In this document: in pieces, positions 36,608 to 45,652 of the stretch
Layout: the number at the start of each line of letters is the position of its first letter
Numbering within the stretch: position 1 is the first letter of the stretch
Source of the DNA: Candidatus Hydrogenedentota bacterium
GTDB lineage: Bacteria; Hydrogenedentota; Hydrogenedentia; Hydrogenedentales; JAEUWI01
Length of the DNA: 45,652 nucleotides
Assembly (NCBI GenBank): GCA_034669905.1
Contig: JAXMOL010000059.1
Location: 1-45,652, forward strand
Reading direction: 5' to 3'
The notes under the pieces: model-generated
What the model was told of the DNA's origin: nothing
The model's database searches: none
The model's input: only the letters and a program-made list of their open reading frames with translations
Translations under genes and position numbers: made by a program

Positions 36608-36964
36608 CTAATCGTCCGACGTGCTGCGGTTCGCCCGGAGCTCCGCCAGGAACTCGTCGTCGCCCAGGGTCTCCTTGTAGGAGCGCCGGGCGGCGGAGAG
36701 GCTGGTGCGAATGATGGACAGCATGTCGAGCAAGGCCCCAATGAGCACGACCCCGAGATAGATAAAGAGTATGGAGAGCCCCAGGGCCAATTGATGGGGG
36801 TCTTCCCGTGCGCGGAACAGGTGGACCGCCAGGAGGAGCACCACCGGAATGGACAGCAGCAGGTAGAAGCTCAGGGGACGTCGCCGCTGGGCATTTTTGA
36901 TACCCTCCCAGAAATGCTGCTTCAGCGTCCGGATGGGACGTTGCTCGGGGTTTGGGTTGTCCAC
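36608..36964 (-). CDS. Small hypothetical membrane protein (2 TM)
   Basis: AAGGAG RBS, GTG start, two hydrophobic helices, directly downstream of the FmdB-like gene. Confidence 0.7.
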   Translation of the reverse strand: MDNPNPEQRPIRTLKQHFWEGIKNAQRRRPLSFYLLLSIPVVLLLAVHLFRAREDPHQLALGLSILFIYLGVVLIGALLDMLSIIRTSLSAARRSYKETLGDDEFLAELRANRSTSDD

Positions 36965-36982
36965 GTTTTGCTCCTTTGGGGA

Positions 36983-37195
36983 CTAATTCGCGCAGCCGCC
37001 ACCCGGCATGCGGCAACACTGGGAGGCCCCGCAGCCCACGGGCTCGGGGGCACCTGCCTGCAAAGGTCGGATATGGCTGAGTTGCTTTTCCAACTGCTCG
37101 CTCTCGCAGGCGGGACAATGGGGCGTTTCGCTTCCGCGGACCAATAATTCGGATTCTGCGCCACAAGCGGTGCAGGTATAGGCGAAAAGAGGCAT
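36983..37195 (-). CDS. FmdB-family zinc-ribbon protein
   Basis: MPLFAYTCTACG...ELL......CPACES..LEKQLS; Cys-rich tail; AGGAG RBS. Confidence 0.9.
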   Translation of the reverse strand: MPLFAYTCTACGAESELLVRGSETPHCPACESEQLEKQLSHIRPLQAGAPEPVGCGASQCCRMPGGGCAN

Positions 37196-37509
37196 GGTTA
37201 AACTCCTGAAAAAAACTTTACGTAGGGGCACACAGGCTGCTCCTGTTCTTTTTCCATTATAGCAGGTAACTGGAATTTCTTGCAGGTGTAGGCAGGCGCC
37301 CCCAATAGGCCGTGCGGCGTATTCTCCCTTTCCGTTGAAACTGCCCCCGTTTAGATGCCAGGTGGGCCAAGCGTATATAATGACACCATGGACCATTTGA
37401 AGAATCCATGGTGCCACATAACTATCGCAAATTAATGACCGGGCATAATTTTGAACTAGAATCGGGATGCGCGCAACGACGTATTTCGCCTAAGAAAGGG
37501 AGCCTTCCT

Positions 37510-38301
37510 TTGAAGACCGTTTGTTTGCTGGTATTACTACTCAGTGCCATTTTTCAGGCGTCTGCCGCCGAGCCCGAGTGCAAGCAAGTCGGATGGACTG
37601 TCTATATCGAAGATGGAAAGTCTCTACCGAAGCAGGTCGACCTATTGCCTGCGACAACACCGCTGGAGAACTACCGCGAGAATCTGGTTCGCATCAGTCC
37701 AGAAATGGATACCCGGTTTGATGTCCCGAATCCTGGTCGGACGCCTTCCCAAAACCGACCATATGACGAGCAGTTTCTGACGGTTACGAAACTAGGACCG
37801 TGGCACGACTACGTCGTTTTCGACGTGAGTAACGACGACGCGCGGCATCGCTCTATCATCATGAAGGACAATTTGGGAAATCACCGCATCCTGTATACCC
37901 AGACGTGGTTTAGCACGGTTGCGGAATCCCCGCAGCCCTATTTTGCCGATATAGACGGTCACCGCCTGCTCGTTTACAGAGCCCCAGTTGGCGGAACAGG
38001 CAATTTTCATATCGAGTACTACTTCCTGTTCGACGAAGATACCCGGTTGCCGGTGCCGCTGAATCTGGATGTCATCGATCAGCGCCTGGCAACCCTGTTG
38101 CCCGAAGGCAAGGCGGTCTGGAAAGGTGGTGGGTTCGACATTGAATCGCTGACATACAGCAGTCCGGTCTGGCAAGAGGGAGATGGAAACTGTTGTCCGT
38201 CCGCGGGAAGGGTCACGATGCAGCTCAACATTGAAGAGAATGAACTGGTCGTTACCGACGCTCAATACGATCCGGACGCCAACGGCCCAAGGCAGAAGTG
38301 A
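37510..38301 (+). CDS. Hypothetical secreted protein (C-terminal D.NCCPS motif)
   Basis: Signal peptide after a TTG start; GGTGN and GDGNCCPSAG motifs; visibly less GC-biased codon usage than its neighbours. Confidence 0.7.
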   Translation: MKTVCLLVLLLSAIFQASAAEPECKQVGWTVYIEDGKSLPKQVDLLPATTPLENYRENLVRISPEMDTRFDVPNPGRTPSQNRPYDEQFLTVTKLGPWHDYVVFDVSNDDARHRSIIMKDNLGNHRILYTQTWFSTVAESPQPYFADIDGHRLLVYRAPVGGTGNFHIEYYFLFDEDTRLPVPLNLDVIDQRLATLLPEGKAVWKGGGFDIESLTYSSPVWQEGDGNCCPSAGRVTMQLNIEENELVVTDAQYDPDANGPRQK

Positions 38302-38425
38302 ATCGCCGAAACTATCCCACAAATGTGCGCCACGAGGTCCCGCTTAAATCGCACTGCCCCCTTGTGCTACCATAAGGCCTCATTTTTTGGCGTCCGCCGA
38401 AGCAATCGAGAATGAGGTTTTTCCC

Positions 38426-39820
38426 ATGAATTATGCCTGGATGTTGTCCGCACCCACTATTGTACCGCCCCTGGACCCCGGTTTTCGGCCCGCTGTGATG
38501 GCCAACCGCACCTTTGACGAGGCGGTGAAGGCCTCCGGCGAAGGCGTCCCCCTTATCCTGGGCCTGGAACGTAATGCCGGTGCGTTGTCGCGCTTTGAAA
38601 CCGTGGTCTTCCCTGAAGGCCACGAGAAAGCGGAAGCCAGCTGTTTCTACATTGAACGTATCGTGAAGTTCCTGCTCTGGCAGCGGGGCGCCTGGAAAGT
38701 CCATGTGGGTGGCCCTGCCTATGTGGCCGACTATCTCAAGGCCGCCTATAGCCCCCAGGGTGACCGGGCCTTCGACTACGATTTCATGGGCAAGAGCGTT
38801 TACGAGCAGACCTTTACGGTCGTGGGGTGTGCCGCCGACGAGGTGCCCGCCGAAAACGAATCCACCCAGCCCCTGGGCCGTCACCTGGACGGCTGCCGCA
38901 TTGGCTTTGACCTGGGCGCTTCCGACCGCAAGGTTTCGGCGGTTATCGATGGCGAAGCCGTGTATTCTGAAGAAGTGGTCTGGGAACCGCGCAAGCAGAC
39001 GGACCCTACCTATCACTACAATGAAGTGATGACGGCCCTCAAGACGGCCGCCAGCAAAATGCCCCGGGTCGATGCCATCGGCGGCAGCTCGGCCGGTGTC
39101 TATATTAACAACCGCGCCATGATTGCCTCCCTCTTTCGCGGCATTCCCGAAGATCGCTTCGACGAAGTGCGTGACATGTTTAACCGCATTGGCGAAGAAA
39201 TGGGCGTGCCCCTCGACATCGTCAATGATGGTGAAGTCACGGCCCTCGCTGGCTCCATGTCCCTCGAAGACAATGGCGTCCTCGGCATTGCCCTGGGCTC
39301 CAGCGAAGCGGGTGGCTATGTCACCCTGGACGGCAACATCACGAGCTGGCTCAACGAGCTGGCCTTTGCCCCGGTGGACTACAATCCCGAAGGCCCCGAA
39401 GACGAGTGGTCCCGCGACATTGGCGTGGGTGCCCGTTATTTCTCTCAGCAATGCGTGTTCCGCCTGGCCGCGGTGGCCGGCATCGAATTGCCCGAAGGCG
39501 TCACCGATGCCGAGAAGCTCAAATCGGTCCAGGAAAAACTGGAAGCCGGCCACGAAGGCGCCCTGAAAATATGGCAGAGCATGGGCGTGTATCTCGGTTA
39601 TGCCCTGGCCCACTACGCCCGATTCTACGAGCTGAAACACGTCTTGATTCTGGGACGTTGCACGTCGGGTTCCGGCGGCGACTTGATTCTCAATGGCGCC
39701 AAAGAGGTGTTGGCGAAAGAGTTCCCCGAACTTGCCCACATCAACATCCAGTTGCCCGACGAAAAGAGCCGCCGCGTGGGGCAGTCCATTGCGGCCGCGA
39801 GTTTGCCGGCACTGGGCTAA
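38426..39820 (+). CDS. ROK-family sugar kinase-like protein with extra N-terminal domain
   Basis: IGFDLGASDRK, IGGSSAG, VNDG.VTALAG, GIALGSS.AGG, WLNEL.F. Confidence 0.85.
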   Translation: MNYAWMLSAPTIVPPLDPGFRPAVMANRTFDEAVKASGEGVPLILGLERNAGALSRFETVVFPEGHEKAEASCFYIERIVKFLLWQRGAWKVHVGGPAYVADYLKAAYSPQGDRAFDYDFMGKSVYEQTFTVVGCAADEVPAENESTQPLGRHLDGCRIGFDLGASDRKVSAVIDGEAVYSEEVVWEPRKQTDPTYHYNEVMTALKTAASKMPRVDAIGGSSAGVYINNRAMIASLFRGIPEDRFDEVRDMFNRIGEEMGVPLDIVNDGEVTALAGSMSLEDNGVLGIALGSSEAGGYVTLDGNITSWLNELAFAPVDYNPEGPEDEWSRDIGVGARYFSQQCVFRLAAVAGIELPEGVTDAEKLKSVQEKLEAGHEGALKIWQSMGVYLGYALAHYARFYELKHVLILGRCTSGSGGDLILNGAKEVLAKEFPELAHINIQLPDEKSRRVGQSIAAASLPALG

Positions 39821-39890
39821 GCGATAGTGAAATCAATACAGAGGCAACGCAAAAAGGACTTGCGGGCGTTTCGATTGGTCTTAAAGAATT

Positions 39891-40195
39891 TGAACCACGA
39901 ATGGACACGAATTCACACGAATAGGAAAACGTCAGGGCGCATCGAGCCGTCTTGAGCTTTTGCCTATTCGATGCATGCTTCGTGCCAACGCGTACTGCTA
40001 TTGAATGATGCCTCGTTGTTTCTACGGTTACAATCGAGAAAATATGTTAGATACATGCCCATTGAACGGAGCACGGAAAGACATCGATCGGCCGTAATGT
40101 AACGCAAGAACACGTGCTCTTTGTGCGCGCTACGCTATCTTGAGGCCCACAAAATTCGTGTGAATTCGTGTGAATTCGTGTTTATTCGTGGTTCA
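39891..40195. repeat. Family D element: 305 bp with terminal inverted arrays of 10-bp ACACGAATTC-like units
   Basis: tgaaccacgaatggacacgaattcacacgaat vs the reverse complement of 40164-40195: 30/32; the right end has one extra unit. Confidence 0.85.
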
Positions 40196-40304
40196 CGTTT
40201 TTCGTAGCAGCCAACGGCTGCTCTAGAATCCTTTTGTGGTTGATACATTTCTTTTGTGGGTTCCGTTGCTCACCGGACCCGAAACCAAATTAAAGAGAAG
40301 AACG

Positions 40305-41156
40305 ATGAAATTCACCATTGATGCTGCAGAATTATTTATCCCCGATGGCACGGAAGAAACCGCAGCCCTGGCGCGGACGACCCACCTCGCCATCGGCGCG
40401 CACCAGGACGACCTGGAAATCATGGCCTATGACGGCATTGTGGAATGCTATCAGCAGCCCGATAAGTGGTACACCGGTGTGGTCGTGACCAACGGCGGCG
40501 GCACGCCCCGCAGTGGTATTTATGGCGACTACAGCGACGAAGACATGATCGTCGTGCGGAACAAGGAGCAGAAGAAGGCCGCCTACGTGGGGGACTACGC
40601 TGCCCAGTTCCTCCTGGCTTTCCCCAGCAGTATGGTGAAAGACCCGGCGGACCAGGGCCCCATCAACGACCTCGCGGCCCTCATTGAAGCCACGAAGCCC
40701 GAAGTCGTCTACACCCACAATCTCGCGGACAAGCACGACACCCACATCGGTGTGACGCTCAAGACCATCGCAGCCCTCCGCAAGGTCTCCGCCGAAGCCA
40801 GGCCCAAGAAGGTCTATGGCTGCGAAGTGTGGCGGGACCTTGACTGGATGGTGGACGACGACAAGGTCGCCTTCAACGTGTCCAGCCGGGAAAATCTTCA
40901 GATGGCCCTGGTTGGGGTCTTCGATTCCCAGATCGCCGGGGGCAAGCGCTATGACCTGGCCACCATGGGCCGTCGTCGCGCTCACGCCACCTATCACCAG
41001 TCCCACGGGGTGGATGAATGCACGGGCGTTTCCTTCGCCATGGACCTGACCCCCCTCATCGAAGACGACAGCCTCGATCCCATCGCGTTTGTTCAGGGCT
41101 ATCTCAATAATTTCCTGAGTGATGTGACGGAGCGGGTGAAGAAAATTCAGGGATAG
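40305..41156 (+). CDS. PIG-L/LmbE family N-acetylhexosamine deacetylase
   Basis: AHQDDLE, VTNGGG, R..EQ..AA, YTHN..DKHDTH. Confidence 0.9.
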   Translation: MKFTIDAAELFIPDGTEETAALARTTHLAIGAHQDDLEIMAYDGIVECYQQPDKWYTGVVVTNGGGTPRSGIYGDYSDEDMIVVRNKEQKKAAYVGDYAAQFLLAFPSSMVKDPADQGPINDLAALIEATKPEVVYTHNLADKHDTHIGVTLKTIAALRKVSAEARPKKVYGCEVWRDLDWMVDDDKVAFNVSSRENLQMALVGVFDSQIAGGKRYDLATMGRRRAHATYHQSHGVDECTGVSFAMDLTPLIEDDSLDPIAFVQGYLNNFLSDVTERVKKIQG

Positions 41157-41181
41157 ATTTTAGAAAAAGTAGACCGCTATC

Positions 41182-41212
41182 ATGCCTCGGCCACGTGCCG
41201 GGGCATTTTTTC
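41182..41212 (+). terminator. Intrinsic terminator
   Basis: atgcctcggc-cacgt-gccggggcat followed by a T-run. Confidence 0.8.
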
Positions 41213-41267
41213 GTCTTTTGAAAAACGTAAAGATTTTCACTTGGGAAATGTGGCCTTGAATGACTGA

Positions 41268-41418
41268 CGTGCCGCGCGATCCCCAAAAGGCGAGTGTCAA
41301 CGAGTCCTGACGGGTTCGTGCGTATGTCTTTGCGCGGCAGAGTCAACGTGCTTGGAATGCGACAAGCTCGGCTTCCCTAATCGCACGAACCCTCGTGCCT
41401 CGGGATCGCGCGGCACGA
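41268..41418. repeat. Inverted-repeat element, family B, copy 3
   Basis: Both arms nearly identical to 11498-11626; core unrelated. Confidence 0.9.
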
Positions 41419-41533
41419 ACGACATCAATGGGTGTGAGCCAACGGTCTTCCCAAAGGATTTTAATGCCTCGAAACGGGATTCCAAGCTGCTATACTGGCC
41501 GTTCAACGCCAATACACAACAGGAACCATTATC

Positions 41534-42769
41534 ATGTACAAAACAATGCTCCTCACCGTTCTTTTCGCCGCCACCTCGCTGGCCCACGCCGCCGACCCCA
41601 TCCTCTTCGGGCCCTACGTCCAGCGGGTCGAAACCGAAAAAGCCACCGTTGTGTGGATTACCAGCGACCGGAAGGTCACCCTGGAAGGGGATGGCAAGTC
41701 GCGCACGCGAGACAATTACCGCACGAATACCATTCGCTTCGACGGTCTCAAGCCCGATACGGAATATCGCTACAAACTCGAAGGTGGCGTCGAAGGAAAA
41801 TTTCGCACGGCTCCCGATGGGCCCCAGGACTTCCGCTTCGTGGTCTATGGCGATACCCGCTCCAATGCCGATGTGCACAAGAGTGTGGTGGATGCCATCC
41901 GCCGCCAGAAAGATGTGAGTCTCGTGCTCAACAGTGGCGACCTGGTCAGCAAGGGCACGGTCCTCGACTACTGGAAAGAATTCTTCGAAGTAGCGGAGCC
42001 CCTCATGCGCGAGACCTATTATGTGCCGTGCCTGGGCAATCACGAGGACAACGCCAAAGAGTATTTCGACTTCTTTGACCTGCCGGGGAATGAAGAGCAC
42101 TTCAGCTTTAACTGGGGCGGTGTCCATTTTGTCGCGCTCAATACGGAAGCACCCGATGTGCCCGATGGCACGGACCAGATGGCGGAAAGCAAGATCTGGA
42201 ACTCCGAGATCATGTGGAAATACTTCGCCAAGCAACGGGAGTGGTTGGACAAGGACCTTTCGCTGAACTATGGCGCGGACTTTTTTGTAGTCTTTTTCCA
42301 TGTGCCCTTCTACGACTCCAAACTCTCCCGGCGTGAGCCTCAAATTGAGATTCGCATGGCCTTCGCCGATATCCTGGAGAAACACAACACGGAACTCGTG
42401 GTGACGGGCCATACCCACAACTACCAGCACCACCAGAAGGGCATGAGCCACTTTGTCGTCTCCGGCGGCGGCGGTGCCAGCCTCTACGACCTCGGCGATA
42501 CCCTCGGCGTAGGCACGGAAGGTGTCGAGATTATAGAGCAGGAAAAGGTGAATAATTTTCTCGTCATCGATATGGAAGGGTGGAAGCTCAATATCCAGGC
42601 CCTCCGTCCCGACGACAGTGTGATCGAAACGTTTTCCGTTGAGTCCCAGGCGGGTTTGCGACTGGTCAAGCGCCGGGTGGATTCCATTGGCGGCTTGCCC
42701 TGGGAGCAGGATGAAGACGAGGACGAGGAAGAAGTGGAAATTGAATATGAGATTGAGTTGGTGAAGTAG
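41534..42769 (+). CDS. Secreted metallophosphoesterase (purple acid phosphatase-like, N-terminal FN3-like domain)
   Basis: GPYVQ, GLKPDTEY.Y, YGDTR, GDLV, GNHE, H.PFY, GHTHNY, SGGGG. Confidence 0.93.
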   Translation: MYKTMLLTVLFAATSLAHAADPILFGPYVQRVETEKATVVWITSDRKVTLEGDGKSRTRDNYRTNTIRFDGLKPDTEYRYKLEGGVEGKFRTAPDGPQDFRFVVYGDTRSNADVHKSVVDAIRRQKDVSLVLNSGDLVSKGTVLDYWKEFFEVAEPLMRETYYVPCLGNHEDNAKEYFDFFDLPGNEEHFSFNWGGVHFVALNTEAPDVPDGTDQMAESKIWNSEIMWKYFAKQREWLDKDLSLNYGADFFVVFFHVPFYDSKLSRREPQIEIRMAFADILEKHNTELVVTGHTHNYQHHQKGMSHFVVSGGGGASLYDLGDTLGVGTEGVEIIEQEKVNNFLVIDMEGWKLNIQALRPDDSVIETFSVESQAGLRLVKRRVDSIGGLPWEQDEDEDEEEVEIEYEIELVK

Positions 42770-42836
42770 GGGGTGTTAGGTTTTATGCAGCGCCGACGGT
42801 GCGTGACCTTAACAGCGACAACAAGGAGCATTCCAC

Positions 42837-43562
42837 ATGATTAACACAATACGCGATACACGTTGGGTCACGGCCCTGGCCCTGGTGACACTGCTGTTCA
42901 CCGCAGGCATCGCACAGGCTGCCAACACGGCGGTAGAGGCAGAGCCACGGCCCAAGAAAAAAGGCTGGATGGAGCGCCACGAAGCCATGAACGCCCGGGT
43001 GAAACAGGGTAACGTGGACCTGCTCTTCATTGGTGATTCCATTACCCACGGCTGGGAAGGCAAAGGCAAGGAAACGTGGGACAAGTTTTACAGCGAACGC
43101 AATGCCGTGAACCTGGGCATTGGGGGCGACCGCACCCAGCACGTGCTGTGGCGTTTACAAAACGGCAACATCGAAGGCATCTCGCCCAAACTCGCCGTGG
43201 TGATGATCGGTACCAACAACCACAAGGACAACTCGGCGGAGGAAATCTCCGAGGGTATTACGGCCATTCTCCGTGTGTTGCGCAACGACCTGCCCGAAAC
43301 CCGGGTGCTTCTGCTGGGTATCTTCCCCCGGGCGGACAAGCCCGCTGAAATCAGCGAGAAACTCAAAAAGGCCAACAGCCTCATCGCCGATCTGGCCGCC
43401 GACCCCATGGTTCGTTATCTGGATATTGGCACCGCCTTCCTCGATGACGCGGGCAATCTGCCCAAGACGATCATGCCCGACCTGCTCCACCCCAACGAAG
43501 AGGGGTACAAGATCTGGGCCGAAGTCATCGAGCCCCACGTGAGCGAATTGATGTCCAAGTAA
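42837..43562 (+). CDS. Secreted GDSL/SGNH esterase (PAF-acetylhydrolase IB-like)
   Basis: FIGDSIT, NLGIGGDRTQHVLWRL, IGTNN, PDLLHP. Confidence 0.93.
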   Translation: MINTIRDTRWVTALALVTLLFTAGIAQAANTAVEAEPRPKKKGWMERHEAMNARVKQGNVDLLFIGDSITHGWEGKGKETWDKFYSERNAVNLGIGGDRTQHVLWRLQNGNIEGISPKLAVVMIGTNNHKDNSAEEISEGITAILRVLRNDLPETRVLLLGIFPRADKPAEISEKLKKANSLIADLAADPMVRYLDIGTAFLDDAGNLPKTIMPDLLHPNEEGYKIWAEVIEPHVSELMSK

Positions 43563-43592
43563 GTCGGCGTCAGCCGCTCCTGATTATGACGT

Positions 43593-43617
43593 GGCCCGCA
43601 GCCTTGTGCTGCGGGCT
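43593..43617. terminator. Hairpin between convergent genes
   Basis: gcccgcagc-cttgt-gctgcgggc. Confidence 0.55.
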
Positions 43618-43678
43618 GCTTCCGTTTTCGGGACTCCGGTGTTCCTGCCTGGCGTAGAGCGGCCCAAGCGTTTCGCCG

Positions 43679-45256
43679 CTATCGGAAGAAAACGACGGCC
43701 AGAATAAGGGCAGCCACCATAAGGACCAGTCCGAGCAGGAGCCACCGCCAGGGGAGGCCCTGCGGCTTTTCCAGGGCGTCCCGGATAGCCACCCGCCGTG
43801 CGACCAATTCGACGTGTACGTCTTCGTCCGTGGGGTTCAAGAGGAGTTCCTCCACGAGCCGTTCGGCGGCGCGAAACTTCTTTTTCGCCATGAATGCGTC
43901 GATACGACGGAGGTTTTGCCCGTGCTCCAGACGGGCGACGTCGGACTCGAGCATACGCCGGACTTCCGACGGCATGAGGTGGTCATCGGCCTGCCCAAGG
44001 AGGCCCTCCAGCAAGCCCAGGGCGCCTGCCGTACGGCCATGCCGGGCATGAAGGTCGAGGGCCAGACAGCGGAGCATGATCCAGATTCCTTCCCCGGCCG
44101 GGGTGCCGTGGGCGGTCGCCATGGCATCGGTAAAGGCCCCGTAGAGTTTACCGGCCGGCCGTGTATTGCCCCGGGCAAAGTCCCCCGCCACCAGGCTCTC
44201 TGCCAGGGCGTTCGGGTGGCGTTGTAAGGCCATCATCACCTGCCCCAATTCCTGGGGAGCCCCCGAGGCAGGGGGATGGGAGAGCATGGGGCCCAGGGCA
44301 TCAAAGCGTTCCGGAAGGCTCAGTTGGACCGGTGGTAAGTCTGGAAAGGCGTAGCGGAGCGATTCGGATATCTGAAGTGCGGCGCGATAGCGCCACCGTT
44401 CCCGCGCGAGAAAAACGCAAAGGCCACTCACATGCCCATGGATGGATTCTGCCCGGGCCTTTACCGCCTCGTCATTGACCGTCGGATGTTGGAGGGGCGC
44501 GCTGTATTCATCCCACAGGGCCAGGCATTCCTTGATGCCCTCCGTGGCCCTCGTATTGGCAGAATCCGCCATGACGTCACCAATATGGCCTGCCAGGCGT
44601 TTTTCGATGGCCGCCAGGTGGGCGTCGTACCAGGCATTGTAGGCGGCAACGACCCGCTCTAAGAAGGCGTAGGCTGGACCCTCCGGATTCCACCCGTTGG
44701 CGAAGAGGCGTACCATAAACTTTCGGTGCTCCTCGCGGTTGGAGATCGATTCGCAGACGGCGGCACAATGTTGTGCCTGGAGACTTTCCAGGGCCGACCA
44801 GAGGGCTGCTTCATCGACGGGCGGAAAGCCAGATAGCTCCCGGTTGCCGTTGACCAGCCAGAAGACGGCCTGGGGGTCGATTTCATTCTGGCATTCCACC
44901 ATGGCCCGGACGAAGGGCACACCCGCCCGCTCCACCGAACAAAGGTGGGCTGCGAGGTTGGAACGGGCCACGCCGTCGATGCTTTCCAGCAGGGCCATCC
45001 GGGCCTTTTCCTTTGGTGGCGTTGAGAGGGCGTCCAGGATCTTGCGCACCCGCGGCGCACTGCGCCCCAGGAGCCAGGAAACTTCTGCCTCAACCCGCGC
45101 CGCCGGGTCCAACAGCATGCGCGCGGCACCCTCCGCCTCTTCTTTCGAAAGGCGTTCTTCGGCCACCACCCGTGCCGCCGCGTCCCGAATGGCGTCCGGT
45201 GGATCTTGCACCGTGACATTCAGAAGAGCAAAGGGATTCTTGAACAAATTGATCAT
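43679..45256 (-). CDS. Hypothetical alpha-helical protein with J-domain-like N-terminus and C-terminal TM anchor
   Basis: NPFALLNV...I..AA...A..L.DP..R.EAE.SWL pattern; hydrophobic C-terminus WLLLGLVLMVAALILAVVFFR. Confidence 0.7.
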   Translation of the reverse strand: MINLFKNPFALLNVTVQDPPDAIRDAAARVVAEERLSKEEAEGAARMLLDPAARVEAEVSWLLGRSAPRVRKILDALSTPPKEKARMALLESIDGVARSNLAAHLCSVERAGVPFVRAMVECQNEIDPQAVFWLVNGNRELSGFPPVDEAALWSALESLQAQHCAAVCESISNREEHRKFMVRLFANGWNPEGPAYAFLERVVAAYNAWYDAHLAAIEKRLAGHIGDVMADSANTRATEGIKECLALWDEYSAPLQHPTVNDEAVKARAESIHGHVSGLCVFLARERWRYRAALQISESLRYAFPDLPPVQLSLPERFDALGPMLSHPPASGAPQELGQVMMALQRHPNALAESLVAGDFARGNTRPAGKLYGAFTDAMATAHGTPAGEGIWIMLRCLALDLHARHGRTAGALGLLEGLLGQADDHLMPSEVRRMLESDVARLEHGQNLRRIDAFMAKKKFRAAERLVEELLLNPTDEDVHVELVARRVAIRDALEKPQGLPWRWLLLGLVLMVAALILAVVFFR

Positions 45257-45652
45257 AGGCCAGACATCACGGCGCACCGACTGCGCCCATAGCACGGATC
45301 AACCCCGATCCGCCCTGTCGTTATACCACGGGACCGGGACTGCGGGCCACTAGCGGGACGGCACCGAGGCAACGCGCCTTGTCCAATGAAGGAAACGAGA
45401 GGTCCAGGAAAGCAACCCTACCCATCGACGCACACTAGGACGTCGGGGCCGCCCCCCTCTTCCAGTGCGTCGCGCAACGGCGAGGTCTTCCGGGGCGAGA
45501 CGGTCACTGCGTCTCAGGGACTGCCGCGCCTCACGTCGCGCTCCGCAGTGGTTCACGGGGGGGGCACCACGTGTTTGTGGGTAACGGGGCACGACGGAGA
45601 CGGCGGTGGCTGTCCTGTCGTTTGCGAGGCTGGCGTAGGGGCAACTTCTCCA

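Noticed and set aside
39891..40195. CRISPR or iteron array from the 10-bp tandem units
   Set aside because: The units are contiguous, only 3-4 per end and in inverted orientation; no spacers and no rep gene.
11328..41418. Classical integron cassette array
   Set aside because: No IntI gene; the repeat ends lack the RYYYAAC/GTTRRRY attC boxes; the genes appear to have their own promoters and terminators.
45350..45652. Possible gene end running off the right edge (minus strand)
   Set aside because: The frame is open to the edge, but the Arg/Pro-rich translation has no recognisable features, so it cannot be supported.

Overview
GC-rich bacterial chromosomal segment. The gene content (PEP-CTERM proteins, a PVC-type CxxCH dehydrogenase, many secreted hydrolases) suggests a Hydrogenedentota/PVC-like organism; this is inference only. 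It holds about 30 genes: two paralogous sigma54-driven PEP-CTERM genes flanking an MBOAT + SGNH-like O-acylation pair, a MoxR AAA/VWA pair, secreted glycan/lipid hydrolases (sialate O-acetylesterase, two sialidase-like proteins, GH29 fucosidase, ceramidase-domain protein, PI-PLC, metallophosphoesterase, GDSL), rraA, an aldehyde dehydrogenase, rarD, ROK + PIG-L, tRNA-Ser(TGA), a broken PIN toxin and an Mrr-like nuclease. I recognise no integrase, transposase, reverse transcriptase or CRISPR array. The most notable features are non-genic. (1) At three independent loci a secreted-protein gene is bracketed by decayed direct-repeat copies of neighbouring DNA: two remnants of the VWA gene 3' end, a remnant of the NUDIX-MBL gene 3' half, and a duplicated intergenic segment. 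This suggests repeated gene acquisition with local duplication. (2) At least five families of dispersed inverted-repeat elements occur, one with fixed arms and an unrelated variable core, and one whose 34-bp inverted repeats enclose the Mrr-like gene next to the tRNA. All alignments were done by eye.
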